From positions 7,175-71,174 of the forward strand of contig JAITCI010000032.1 of NCBI GenBank assembly GCA_031283155.1: a stretch of DNA of 64,000 nucleotides, in the 5' to 3' direction. The position numbers were made by a program, and so were the translations under genes. The stretch is from Spirochaetota bacterium. Lineage in GTDB: Bacteria > Spirochaetota > JAGLSM01 > JAKPMW01. This document shows positions 45,120 through 54,886 of the stretch, one piece after another. The notes below the pieces were generated by a model. That model did not search any database and had not been told where the DNA came from. It saw only the letters and a program-made list of their open reading frames with translations. Position 1 is the stretch's first letter. The number at the start of each line of letters is the position of its first letter.

Positions 45120-45940
45120 TTATGAACAGAGGGATGGTGTTTGCGGGTCTTTTTCTTGCGGCTGCAGGCGCGGGTGCGGATCCGGCGACAAATGAAATAG
45201 CCGAGGCCGCGCCGCAAGCTCTGGCGGAAGCGTCATTGGCGGATTGGATCGTTCAGGGCGGGATCATGATGATCCCCATCATCCTGTGCTCGATAATCGC
45301 GCTTGCAATTATCCTGGAGCGATCTTTTACCCTTCGCCAGATTCGCCTGGAGGCTGCGCGCTTTTTTGGCGAGATCAGACGGATTGTGGGTGCCGGCAGG
45401 ATCCACGATGCTCTGATTATATGTGAAAATTCAAAAAGCCCTATGGCGCGCATTGTGAAGGCCGCACTCCTCGCGCGGCAAAAAAGCAGCGAAGAGATCA
45501 GGCTTGCCGTAGAGGAAAGCGCCGAGCGCGAGGCCGGTATATTTGAACGCTATCTTCCCGCGCTTGGAACCATCGGCACCATCAGTCCGCTTCTGGGTCT
45601 TTTGGGTACCGTGCTTGGCATGATCAAATCATCGAATTTTCTTGCGACTTCGGGCATCGCGAATACAGCAGGTCTGATTGGCGGGATATCCGAAGCGCTC
45701 ATCACCACGGCGGCGGGGCTGTTTGTCGCGATTCCGGTTATCGTTTGCCACAACTGGTTCAATACCCGCGTGAACAAGATCATGCTCGATATGGAAGCGG
45801 ACACAAATGAAATTCTGGCGCTTCTTGAGCAAATCGCAAACGTCCCGGAGAAGCGTGTGCAATCTCCCTCGAAGGGATCGACCGATCACAAAACGTCAAA
45901 ACGACGGAAGAAACCGAACCTCGCAAAGGATACCGAGTGA
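45116..45940 (+). CDS. MotA/TolQ/ExbB-family proton-channel protein
   Basis: N-terminal signal, then three TM helices with conserved LGLLGTVLGMI and ALITTAAGLFVAIP. ATGA overlap with clpC. Confidence 0.7.
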   Translation: MIMNRGMVFAGLFLAAAGAGADPATNEIAEAAPQALAEASLADWIVQGGIMMIPIILCSIIALAIILERSFTLRQIRLEAARFFGEIRRIVGAGRIHDALIICENSKSPMARIVKAALLARQKSSEEIRLAVEESAEREAGIFERYLPALGTIGTISPLLGLLGTVLGMIKSSNFLATSGIANTAGLIGGISEALITTAAGLFVAIPVIVCHNWFNTRVNKIMLDMEADTNEILALLEQIANVPEKRVQSPSKGSTDHKTSKRRKKPNLAKDTE

Positions 45941-47154
45941 TCGCCGATATCCCGTATTTTATTGCGCTTCTTCTCTTTTCCGCTTTTTTCTCGGGCATGG
46001 AGGCGGCATATTTTTCACTCGACATTCTGAAGAGGGCGCGTATGGCACGGCTCTCTTCCGCGTCCGCCCGCCGCAGCATAAAGCTGCTTCAGCGTCCGCG
46101 CGATCTGCTTGTGACAATACTGATTGGCAATATGCTCGTTAATACCACGCTCTCTTCAAAGGCTTCCGATCTATTTGGCGAATCCACAGCCCTGTCCATC
46201 ATTGTTATTACATTTACGATTCTTGTCTTTGGCGAGATTACCCCCAAGAGCCTGGGCTGCCGTTATAACGATCGCTATGCGCCTGGCGGTTCCGCGCTGC
46301 TTGTTTTTTTCTCTTTCTTGTTTGCTCCCCTGCGCGTTTTTCTGAAATTGCTGATGCGCACTTTCCTGCGCAAAGCCGGACCTGTGCAGGCGCGCCGGAC
46401 CATTACCGAAGACGAGTTTATGAGCGCCGTCAAGCGCGGCGGAATGAGCGGCGTCCTTGAACAGGCATCCAGCGGGATTCTTTCCAATATTGTCGGGTTT
46501 TTGATGCTTGAGGCGCGGCACATCATGACTCCACGCACAAGCATTCACGCCCTGCCGATTGCCTCAAAGATGAGCAGCGTCATGGAATTTGCGCGCAAGA
46601 CTTCGTACTCCAAGATTCCGCTTTATCGGACAAACAAGGACGACATTGTCGGTTATTTTCACACAAAGGATCTCCTTCCTTATATGACGGGCGCGAAGAA
46701 GCCAACAAGCATGAAGCGCCTCCTGCGCCCGGTGTTTCGGATACCCGAGGGAAAACTTCTTGCCGATTTTTTGCCCGAGATGCAGCAAAACACCAGCCGT
46801 CTTGCGGTGGTTGTGGACGAGTACGGCGGCACCGCCGGAATCATTACCCTGGACGATGTACTCGAGGAGATCATGGGGCAGCTTCTCGACGAGAATGAAA
46901 GCGCCGAGCGTATGTTCTGGGCAAAAACAAAACGCACCTCGGTATTTCGCGGCACAACGCCGCTTGCGTTTTTTAACCAGAGGATGGGAACCAATATCAC
47001 AAGCGAGGACTATCAAACGCTCTCGGGGTATCTGCTTGAACTTGCGGGCAGGATTCCTGCGGAAAATGATACCTTTGACGCAGAAAATTTTCGCTATCGC
47101 GTTTTACTGATGAACGGAAATCACATCAGCCAGATTGAGGTCACGCGCAAATGA
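45937..47154 (+). CDS. HlyC/CorC-family transporter (DUF21 + CBS pair + CorC_HlyC)
   Basis: DUF21 TM domain (FFSGMEAAYFSL), tandem CBS and a CorC C-terminus. Confidence 0.75.
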   Translation: MIADIPYFIALLLFSAFFSGMEAAYFSLDILKRARMARLSSASARRSIKLLQRPRDLLVTILIGNMLVNTTLSSKASDLFGESTALSIIVITFTILVFGEITPKSLGCRYNDRYAPGGSALLVFFSFLFAPLRVFLKLLMRTFLRKAGPVQARRTITEDEFMSAVKRGGMSGVLEQASSGILSNIVGFLMLEARHIMTPRTSIHALPIASKMSSVMEFARKTSYSKIPLYRTNKDDIVGYFHTKDLLPYMTGAKKPTSMKRLLRPVFRIPEGKLLADFLPEMQQNTSRLAVVVDEYGGTAGIITLDDVLEEIMGQLLDENESAERMFWAKTKRTSVFRGTTPLAFFNQRMGTNITSEDYQTLSGYLLELAGRIPAENDTFDAENFRYRVLLMNGNHISQIEVTRK

Positions 47155-48464
47155 TACTCTCCGCCTGGCTTCTTATTTTTGGGATTATACTTTGTATGCT
47201 CTTCGCGGCGTTTTTCGCGGGAACCGAAACGGGTATGATGTTGGCCGATCCGCTGAAGCTACAGCACAGGGCGGAACAGGGGGACGGGCGTTCGGCGCAG
47301 ATCCTGAAATTAAAGGAAACCCCGGAAACACTGCTGGGGGTTCTTTTAATTGGAAATAATATAGTAACGGTGACGGCGACCGTACTCTGCAACAGACTCC
47401 TGGAAAACTGGCTCGAGCCCGCAATCGCAAGCGTACTCTCCGTACTCGCCCTTACATTTGTCATGCTTATCACCTCGGAGATCATCCCAAAATTGGTTTT
47501 TCAGAGCCGCCCGGAGTCGCTCTCCAGAAGTATTCTGCCGGTTTTGCGTTTTTTTATTCTGTTGTTCCGCCCGATTCTCTTTGTTGTCAATATTTTCTCA
47601 AAGGCCATTGCCTTTATGCTCGGCGCGACAAAAAAACTCCGGTATTCGATATCGCGCGAGGATATTTCTTTGCTTGCGGAGATTGGCGTACAGGATGGCA
47701 CGATCGATCCGCGATCCTGGGCGCTTTTTGGCTCGGTGCTTGCGTTTGGCGGCACAACCGCGCGCGAGATCATGACGCCGCTTGTGGATGTGATTGCGAT
47801 TGATGAAGGTGAAAGTGTGGACGAGCTTGTCCGCGTTATCATGCGATCCGGATTCTCGCGTATTCCGGTATACCGCGAACACGCCTTTTCGATGGTAGGC
47901 TACGTTTCGGCTTTTGATCTCAAGAAGAGCCGGCGTAATGAAAATATTTCGGAATATATCCGGCAGGCGGCTTTTGTTCCCGAATCCAAAAATATCGACA
48001 GTCTGCTGATTGAGATGCGGCAAAATCATCTTGCACTTGTGTTTGTTGTGGACGAGTGGGGCGGCACTGCGGGGATCATCACGCATGAGGATATAGCGGA
48101 ACATGTTGTAGGACAGATACTCGACAAGGGCGAGAAGGCGGAGCTGGAGATGCAATCGGTTGGCCATGGGGAATACCTGGCCGATGGATGGACAGATATA
48201 GACAAGGCGCGGCAGGTGCTGCGCATCAAAATAGAAAAAAAAGGTTTTGAAACGGTTGGAGGGTTTTTGGAACACATCATGCAGCGAATCCCGCATACAG
48301 GCGAGAGCATACGTTATGAGGGGTATCAGTTTTACGTTGAGGAAGCGGACGCGACACGCATCATTCGTGTCCGTATCAAGCAAAAAAAGAGCGATAAAAA
48401 AACCGGTAAAAACGAACCGGAAATGACGCCCGTATTGAATGGAAAGACAAATGGCCAGGAATAA
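47151..48464 (+). CDS. HlyC/CorC-family transporter, paralog
   Basis: Same architecture (FFAGTETGMM DUF21, CBS pair, transporter-associated C-terminus). ATGA overlap with the previous gene. Confidence 0.75.
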   Translation: MILSAWLLIFGIILCMLFAAFFAGTETGMMLADPLKLQHRAEQGDGRSAQILKLKETPETLLGVLLIGNNIVTVTATVLCNRLLENWLEPAIASVLSVLALTFVMLITSEIIPKLVFQSRPESLSRSILPVLRFFILLFRPILFVVNIFSKAIAFMLGATKKLRYSISREDISLLAEIGVQDGTIDPRSWALFGSVLAFGGTTAREIMTPLVDVIAIDEGESVDELVRVIMRSGFSRIPVYREHAFSMVGYVSAFDLKKSRRNENISEYIRQAAFVPESKNIDSLLIEMRQNHLALVFVVDEWGGTAGIITHEDIAEHVVGQILDKGEKAELEMQSVGHGEYLADGWTDIDKARQVLRIKIEKKGFETVGGFLEHIMQRIPHTGESIRYEGYQFYVEEADATRIIRVRIKQKKSDKKTGKNEPEMTPVLNGKTNGQE

Positions 48465-50193
48465 TAAATCGAAACCGGAAGATTTGGATATCACTTCGCT
48501 TCTCCGGAATGGCGCGGATCTGGATACGATTGCCAATACATCCGCAGCAGGGCTTCCGGATATTTTGCGCATCCTTGCAGACGCTTTGCAGGCAGGAAAA
48601 ATACAATATACAGACAGGAAATTCGTTCCCTGTAAAAATGCAGGCGGCTTTGCCGATAAAAGCGGGGATTTGACCCGGGTACTGGCAAAATATACCCTGC
48701 CCGATTCGTTTCCGAAAAAAGCGCTTGCGGATGCGTCGCATATCCGCGCTCTGGGCGCAGAGGCTCTCGCAAAGAGGCCGCATATTCGCGAGCGGATTAT
48801 TACCATCGACGCAGAAGAGGCAAAGGATCTGGATGACGCGGTCTCCCTGAAAACAACAGAACACGGCTGGGAATTGGGTATCCATATTGCCGACGTCTCC
48901 GCATACGTCCTGCCGGGGAGTTTGCTTGACAAGGAGGCGCGCAAACGCGGAACGAGCGTCTATCTCAATCATGCGGTGATCCCGATGTTTCCGCCGCTCT
49001 TGTCCGATGATCTCTGCAGCCTGAATACCGGTGCCCCGAAATTAGCGTTCACTGCCCACATATCGCTTGACCATAACGCGGTACTGCGGCGCGTTCATTT
49101 TGAACGAACGGTCATTCATGTCGCGCGGCGGTTTTCGTATACAGAGGTGAATGCCATTCTCCAGGGGAAGAAGGATCCGGATGCGCCCCTCCTGCGCGAG
49201 ATGCGAACCCTCGCCAGGCTTCTCCGAAAAGAACGCCATATCCGCGGCAGCCTCGGGATAGAATCGCCGGAGATTCGCATTCTGCTTGATCAAAACGGGC
49301 AGCCCATTGAGGTGCGCGCCATTAAGCGCGGCGAAGCGGAGATGATCATCGAAGACCTTATGGTGTATACCAACGAACTGGTTGCTTCCTTCCTTAAACG
49401 CAATGGACTTGCGCTCTATCGGGTCCACCCGGAGCCGGAAAGCGAGAGAATCAGGGAATTTGTACAGTACGCGAATGCGCTGGGGGCGTCTGTTTCCGCT
49501 CCAAAAGATACGCGCGCGCGTTCAATGCAGGTTCTTCTTAATAAAATTCGCGGCACACAGCACGAGAGTATTTTGTATATGCTCTTTCTGCGTACCATGC
49601 AAAAGGCCGTCTATAGCACCGAGGATCAGGGACACTATGGGCTTGCCGCATCGCACTACACGCATTTTACATCGCCCATCAGGCGCTATCCTGATCTGGT
49701 TGTACATCGGCTGCTTGCCGCCGCCATTGCGGCAAAGCATCGTCCGGAGTCTTCCGTCAGGAGAACCGATGCGGCATATACCCAAAAGGAGCTGCATACG
49801 ATTGCGGAGCAGGCAAGCGCGCTGGAGCAGCGCGCGGTCGATGCGGAACGCGACTATGCGCGGCTGAAGGGTGCCCGCTTTCTGGCGGGTCATGTCGGAG
49901 AGATTTTTACGGGCAAGATCGCGTCACTCACGGCCTGGGGGATGTTTATTACTCTGGGCAGCATTGGGCTGGAAGGTCTGCTTCATGTGTCCAGTCTGAA
50001 GGATGATTATTACCGCCTGGACGCGCAGGGTTTTGCGCTCACCGGGCAGCGTAATAAAAAGAGCTTTGCGCTTGGCGGAACCATACAGGTTCGGATTAAG
50101 AATGTCGATTGTGAGAAGGGCTTTGTGGATCTCGAGCCTGCGGAATCCGGGAAAACAGATTCGGCGGTACGCAGGCCGCGAAAATCTTTCTGA
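48451..50193 (+). CDS. RNase II/R-family 3'-5' exoribonuclease (RNB + S1)
   Basis: RNB catalytic block IDAEEAKDLDDAVSL...HIADVSAYV and a C-terminal S1-like domain (GEIFTGKIASLTAWGMFITL). Confidence 0.75.
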   Translation: MARNNKSKPEDLDITSLLRNGADLDTIANTSAAGLPDILRILADALQAGKIQYTDRKFVPCKNAGGFADKSGDLTRVLAKYTLPDSFPKKALADASHIRALGAEALAKRPHIRERIITIDAEEAKDLDDAVSLKTTEHGWELGIHIADVSAYVLPGSLLDKEARKRGTSVYLNHAVIPMFPPLLSDDLCSLNTGAPKLAFTAHISLDHNAVLRRVHFERTVIHVARRFSYTEVNAILQGKKDPDAPLLREMRTLARLLRKERHIRGSLGIESPEIRILLDQNGQPIEVRAIKRGEAEMIIEDLMVYTNELVASFLKRNGLALYRVHPEPESERIREFVQYANALGASVSAPKDTRARSMQVLLNKIRGTQHESILYMLFLRTMQKAVYSTEDQGHYGLAASHYTHFTSPIRRYPDLVVHRLLAAAIAAKHRPESSVRRTDAAYTQKELHTIAEQASALEQRAVDAERDYARLKGARFLAGHVGEIFTGKIASLTAWGMFITLGSIGLEGLLHVSSLKDDYYRLDAQGFALTGQRNKKSFALGGTIQVRIKNVDCEKGFVDLEPAESGKTDSAVRRPRKSF

Positions 50194-50209
50194 GTATCAG
50201 AGGCAGGAT

Positions 50210-50605
50210 ATGCACTTCAAACGGAAATTACGGAATCAGGTTGGCATCGATATGACGCCGATGATCGATTGCGTCTTTCTCCTGCTCATTTTTTTCATGA
50301 TCACCTCTTCCATTATAAGGGAGCAGGGGATCCAGGTCAGGCTGCCGCGTTCGGACACCTCGGCTCTGCTTCAGTCCCGCGATCTCGTGCTTTCCATAAA
50401 CAGGGAAAATGAGATTTATCTGGGTGATCTCCATATTGCGAAAAATGATCTCTTTGATCGGCTCAGGCAGGAATTTGCGCAGCCCGGGCGCGAACTCCTG
50501 ATCATCCGCGCGGATACGCTGATCGAGTATGGGATACTGATCGAGGTGATGGATATTGCCCGCCGCGCCGGCATATATAACGTATCCCTTTCAACCAGAC
50601 GATAG
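50210..50605 (+). CDS. ExbD/TolR-family biopolymer transport protein
   Basis: The likely start is ATG 50210 (MHFKRKL...DMTPMIDCVFLLLIFFMITSS), a single TM helix plus a periplasmic domain. RBS agaggcagg. Confidence 0.65.
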   Translation: MHFKRKLRNQVGIDMTPMIDCVFLLLIFFMITSSIIREQGIQVRLPRSDTSALLQSRDLVLSINRENEIYLGDLHIAKNDLFDRLRQEFAQPGRELLIIRADTLIEYGILIEVMDIARRAGIYNVSLSTRR

Positions 50606-50665
50606 CGCATCTGAATCTCGAAAGTGGTCTCTAAAAGGTGTATCTTTTATACTGAGGAGATACGC

Positions 50666-53600
50666 ATGAAAAAGCGCCGGGAATCGATAATCAACAGCAC
50701 TTTTCTGGCCAGCGCTGTCTTTTTTCTCCTGGTGTCCGGACTTTTTGCGAATTACCTCTTTGGTATGTTTATTGTTGGTCTCGAAGATACCCTGGTAGCC
50801 GATATTGAACGCGACGCCAATCTTAAGATTGTTTATGACTCCCTCAAAATTCGTTCTTTCAACACGCTTGTAATTCATGGCATATCGGTTCGGCATACAG
50901 AGGAGGCGCGGGGCGCGCCTCTGGCGAGCGCTGAAAGAGCTGAACTCTCCGTTCGTCCGCTTGCATTGCTTTTTGGATCAAAGGCATTGGCCGAAAGCAT
51001 CTCCGCCATCCGCCTCGAAAGACCGGAACTCAATTTTTACAGCGATACCTCGCTGATCTCGGCTATCTCCTCGGTTACGCAGGAAGCTAAAACAGAGGAA
51101 ACCCTGCCCCCTCTCCTGAATTGCGATCTGACTATCAATCAGGGGCGCGCGCGGTTTTATACCGAGGATTCATTTCGTCAAAGCATCCCTGCAGCGCCGC
51201 TTGCGATGCTTTCTCTCTCGAATGGCGAGATATCGATAAAAAACAACAAGGGAAGTTTTCGGATTCAAAGCGATCTTTCGGTTTTGCCCGGTCAGGACTT
51301 TGCGAAGGCAGCCCTTGATCTGCAGGGCGCTTTTGATATCGATTCAGCTTCGTTAGAGGCTTTAATTGCTTTCAGTGATATGGCTGTAAGCGGCGTACAT
51401 CTCCCTGATTTACGCTTCCAGGTACAGCAAGATGACGCATCCCTGAAGCTTGATTCTTCTTCTTTTTGGCAGGCGGTGAATATCGACGGGCAATACCAGG
51501 CGGGGGAGAACGGCAGGTTTGTGCTTACCCTCGACGAGAAGAACAATGTTTTCGATAAAATTATCCTTCAGGATACACAGGAGTCGCTTGGGCGGCTTTT
51601 CTTTTCCGATTCAGAAACCTATAGCCCCTCAGGGCGGATGGTGCTGGATTTTGAGGGGCAGAATTTTACAGTCGCGAGCGACTTCGTGATTCGTGACAGC
51701 GAAGGGAGCGATGTTTTCCGGTTTCAGGCGTACGGGGATGAGCGGCAGCTTGCCATTGAACGCGCGGAACTCTCGCGCGGCGAACACTTACTGAGCATAA
51801 GCGCGAATTGGGATTGGCACAGCCTGCCCCGCGCGCGGGCAATTGTTCGCGGGCTTGATATGGGTTCTGTTATATTTGACGGCGATGTCAGTCTGGAGCC
51901 CGGGGCGGGATCCTCTTTGAAACTCATGGCTTCCGCAGTGCGCATAAACGGCGCGCCATTTGGAAATTTTCATATTGATTATGACACAAGCAGCAGTGAT
52001 TTTTCGCTCACAGGCTTTTCCGGGTCGCTCGCGGGATTTGGCAAAAACGCTGGAGGCGTCCGCGAAGTTGCGCTTACCCTCAATAATCTCGATCTTGGAA
52101 CACTGCTTGCCGGCATTACGCAAAGCGACGCCTTCACAGCCTGGTATGGCAGCGGCAATGCCCGGGTAGTTCAGAGTGAGTCCGGAGTAGAGGTGAGCGG
52201 TACACTGGTCATAGCTATTCCGGATCTTGGGATTGTGGATACCGGGTTTTCCATAGACAAAGGAAGCATAAACATCCGCAAGTTCAGCCTCGGGGACGCC
52301 AATATCCATGGGAATGGACAGTTTTTGCTGGATGGAATGCAGGGAAATTTTGTCCTTGATCTGGGAACCCAAAGTTACCCCCTCTCTATGGCGTATCGGG
52401 ACGCAGAAGGCGCGCAGCGCATAAGCGCAGATATACCGGATATCCTGCACGCGCAAGCCATGATCTCCGGGCAGGATATGTATGCCTCGTTTTCGTTGCA
52501 TGAATTTGATCTTTCTCCGCTTGGACTGGAAGCGCGGATATCCGGAGATGGAACCCTGGCAATGCAGGAAAAACTGCTTGCGAGCAGCGGGAATCTCTCT
52601 CTCGAATTCAATCATTCGCGCCTGGGGCTTGAGATTAATTTCCGCGGACAGGATACACATTTCGAGATATCCAAATTGGTATGTAATTTCGAAGACCGCA
52701 GTCTTCAGGGAAGCGGTTCGCTTCAGTTGGGCGATAACGGGCGCTGGGAAACTTCCCTGTCGTTTGCGAATGGGCTGAATGCAGTTGGATATCTTGAAGG
52801 CAAGGCTTACGGAGGCACTCTGGTATTTAATGATGTGGACGCAGGAAGCATCGCGCCCGCAGTGCCGGGCGGAATAAGCGGCACTCTTCGGGGACAAGTG
52901 GATATCAATTCAGGCAGCTTTTTCCCGGCGCTTGCCTGGTCGCTCGATCTCGTTAATGGCAAAATCATGGACACCCCCATCCATATCACCACGAAAGCGA
53001 AATCGCGCGAAAGCGGTTTTGACTCGCTTGTGTTTACTGTGCGAAGCGATGCAATGGATATAACCGCAGAAAACGGGCGGCTCATTCCCGGCGGCAATGG
53101 ATATGAAGTTTCGCTGGATGCTTCTTTAAGCTGGAAGAGCGTTCCGTTTCCTGTTCAGGGGGAGCTTCTGGTTCGGGGAGAGCTTCGCGATGCGGCTTTG
53201 GATTTACTTTTTACTTTTAAGCAAAACAAACCGCATTTACGAATCAAAGAGGATTTTACAACCCGTATGTATTTTTCCGGCGGACGGCTTGTGTTTCATA
53301 ATCCCGGACGCTTTGGTCTTGTGGGTGAGGCCGATACAGGGAAAAAATTTGTTGATTTGACATACAGCAATCCCGATGGAGCAGTTGTCACCCTGCGTGG
53401 CGGATATAACTATCAACTGAGTCTTGCGGGGCAATGCCTGTCCATTCCGCTTGCATATCTTGAGAATTTCCCTTCGCTTGTGCGCAGCGCAAAGGGCGTT
53501 GTCAATCTTGATTATCGGGTGGATGGTACACATGATTCTCCGGTTTTCTCCGCCGCGCTGGCGATTGACGGCGCGGAACTGGATATTAAGCCGTTTCGTA

Positions 53601-54850
53601 CGCCCTTGTCCGCATTAAATCTCCAGGCGCGTTTTACCAATAACATGATCTACCTGGATAATTTCTCCGCAGCGAATGGCCGCGGGGCGTTATACGCAAG
53701 CGGTCAGGCTGTTATGCGTAACGGAGGAATTGAAGATATAGACGCGCGCGTTCGCACCGATCGCAATGTGGGGATTGACGTCGAAATCAATGAAACGGAT
53801 TTCAGGACAACCAGCGGAATTCTGGCAGACTTTGAAACGGATTTCAAAACAATCGGAGGGATTCTGGCAGATCTTTTCATTTCGGGCAGCGCCCATGCAC
53901 CGCAGATTCAGGGGCGCATCGCATTGCATGATAACGAATTTTATTTTATGGACAGCGAATCCGGGGACGGCCCCCGGGATAATATTCTCAATCGTATACA
54001 ATGGAACCTCGAAATCACCGCTCTTGAAAGGGTACAGTATGTCCACCCGCTTGGTATAACAACGCTCATGCTGCAGCCGGGTTCGGGCGTTTTGCTTAGA
54101 AACAGCATACTCGACAAGGACTTTGAAGTGAGCGGCCTGTGTACGGCAGCGCGGGGTACTTTCACTTACGTAAACTATGATTTTCGCATTGAGCCGCCCA
54201 CCTTTATCGAATTTCAGGGAACGATACCCAAGCTGACCTTCCACGGCAAGCTCAAGCTGAAGGATGAGGATCGCGAAGATGTGGATATTTTCCTGACTTA
54301 TTCCGGGCCGATTTCGGCCAGCATGACTCCTGTATTCAGCTCGGAACCGCCGCGCAGCCAGCACGATATCCGTATAATGCTTGGGCTTGATTCCGCCGAC
54401 ACGCGGTATATTGAAGGCGAACGCGACTCCGAAAATATTCTCTTCCGTTCCGCCGATATCCTCTCTAATTTATTGCTCAAACCGATAGAAAAAGAAATTC
54501 GTCAGTGGCTTGGGCTGGATATATTTACGCTTCAAACGCCTTTTGTGAAAAATTTTCTTGAGCGCGAGGTCAGTATGCTTTCGGATGACGGGAATACGCT
54601 CGCGCTGTTTCGTGATACACGCCTTTCCCTGGGAAAGTATTTGTTCGGTTTTATGTTTGCCGAATGTGCTGTGGCTTTAAAGGATAAAAACGATCCGGTT
54701 AATGCAGGCACCATTATTCCCACATTTGAGCTTGGACTTGAATTTACCTTTAATTCACTCAATTTCGGTATTACCTATAAACCTGCGGAAGCAAGCACTG
54801 TAATAAAATATGAGCCCGGTTTCCAGGCGCGATGGAGACAAAAATTTTAG
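50666..54850 (+). CDS. tamB: TamB-like translocation and assembly module protein (AsmA-like, C-terminal DUF490)
   Basis: 1395 aa with an N-terminal TM anchor and a long beta-rich body. It lies immediately upstream of bamA, as in other diderms. ATG 50666 with RBS gaggaga. Confidence 0.7.
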   Translation: MKKRRESIINSTFLASAVFFLLVSGLFANYLFGMFIVGLEDTLVADIERDANLKIVYDSLKIRSFNTLVIHGISVRHTEEARGAPLASAERAELSVRPLALLFGSKALAESISAIRLERPELNFYSDTSLISAISSVTQEAKTEETLPPLLNCDLTINQGRARFYTEDSFRQSIPAAPLAMLSLSNGEISIKNNKGSFRIQSDLSVLPGQDFAKAALDLQGAFDIDSASLEALIAFSDMAVSGVHLPDLRFQVQQDDASLKLDSSSFWQAVNIDGQYQAGENGRFVLTLDEKNNVFDKIILQDTQESLGRLFFSDSETYSPSGRMVLDFEGQNFTVASDFVIRDSEGSDVFRFQAYGDERQLAIERAELSRGEHLLSISANWDWHSLPRARAIVRGLDMGSVIFDGDVSLEPGAGSSLKLMASAVRINGAPFGNFHIDYDTSSSDFSLTGFSGSLAGFGKNAGGVREVALTLNNLDLGTLLAGITQSDAFTAWYGSGNARVVQSESGVEVSGTLVIAIPDLGIVDTGFSIDKGSINIRKFSLGDANIHGNGQFLLDGMQGNFVLDLGTQSYPLSMAYRDAEGAQRISADIPDILHAQAMISGQDMYASFSLHEFDLSPLGLEARISGDGTLAMQEKLLASSGNLSLEFNHSRLGLEINFRGQDTHFEISKLVCNFEDRSLQGSGSLQLGDNGRWETSLSFANGLNAVGYLEGKAYGGTLVFNDVDAGSIAPAVPGGISGTLRGQVDINSGSFFPALAWSLDLVNGKIMDTPIHITTKAKSRESGFDSLVFTVRSDAMDITAENGRLIPGGNGYEVSLDASLSWKSVPFPVQGELLVRGELRDAALDLLFTFKQNKPHLRIKEDFTTRMYFSGGRLVFHNPGRFGLVGEADTGKKFVDLTYSNPDGAVVTLRGGYNYQLSLAGQCLSIPLAYLENFPSLVRSAKGVVNLDYRVDGTHDSPVFSAALAIDGAELDIKPFRTPLSALNLQARFTNNMIYLDNFSAANGRGALYASGQAVMRNGGIEDIDARVRTDRNVGIDVEINETDFRTTSGILADFETDFKTIGGILADLFISGSAHAPQIQGRIALHDNEFYFMDSESGDGPRDNILNRIQWNLEITALERVQYVHPLGITTLMLQPGSGVLLRNSILDKDFEVSGLCTAARGTFTYVNYDFRIEPPTFIEFQGTIPKLTFHGKLKLKDEDREDVDIFLTYSGPISASMTPVFSSEPPRSQHDIRIMLGLDSADTRYIEGERDSENILFRSADILSNLLLKPIEKEIRQWLGLDIFTLQTPFVKNFLEREVSMLSDDGNTLALFRDTRLSLGKYLFGFMFAECAVALKDKNDPVNAGTIIPTFELGLEFTFNSLNFGITYKPAEASTVIKYEPGFQARWRQKF

Positions 54851-54886
54851 GATGCAGATTCGGGGGGTATTTTTGGAGAGTAATAC

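Noticed and set aside
51788-52897. 369-aa minus ORF inside tamB
   Set aside because: Shadow ORF.
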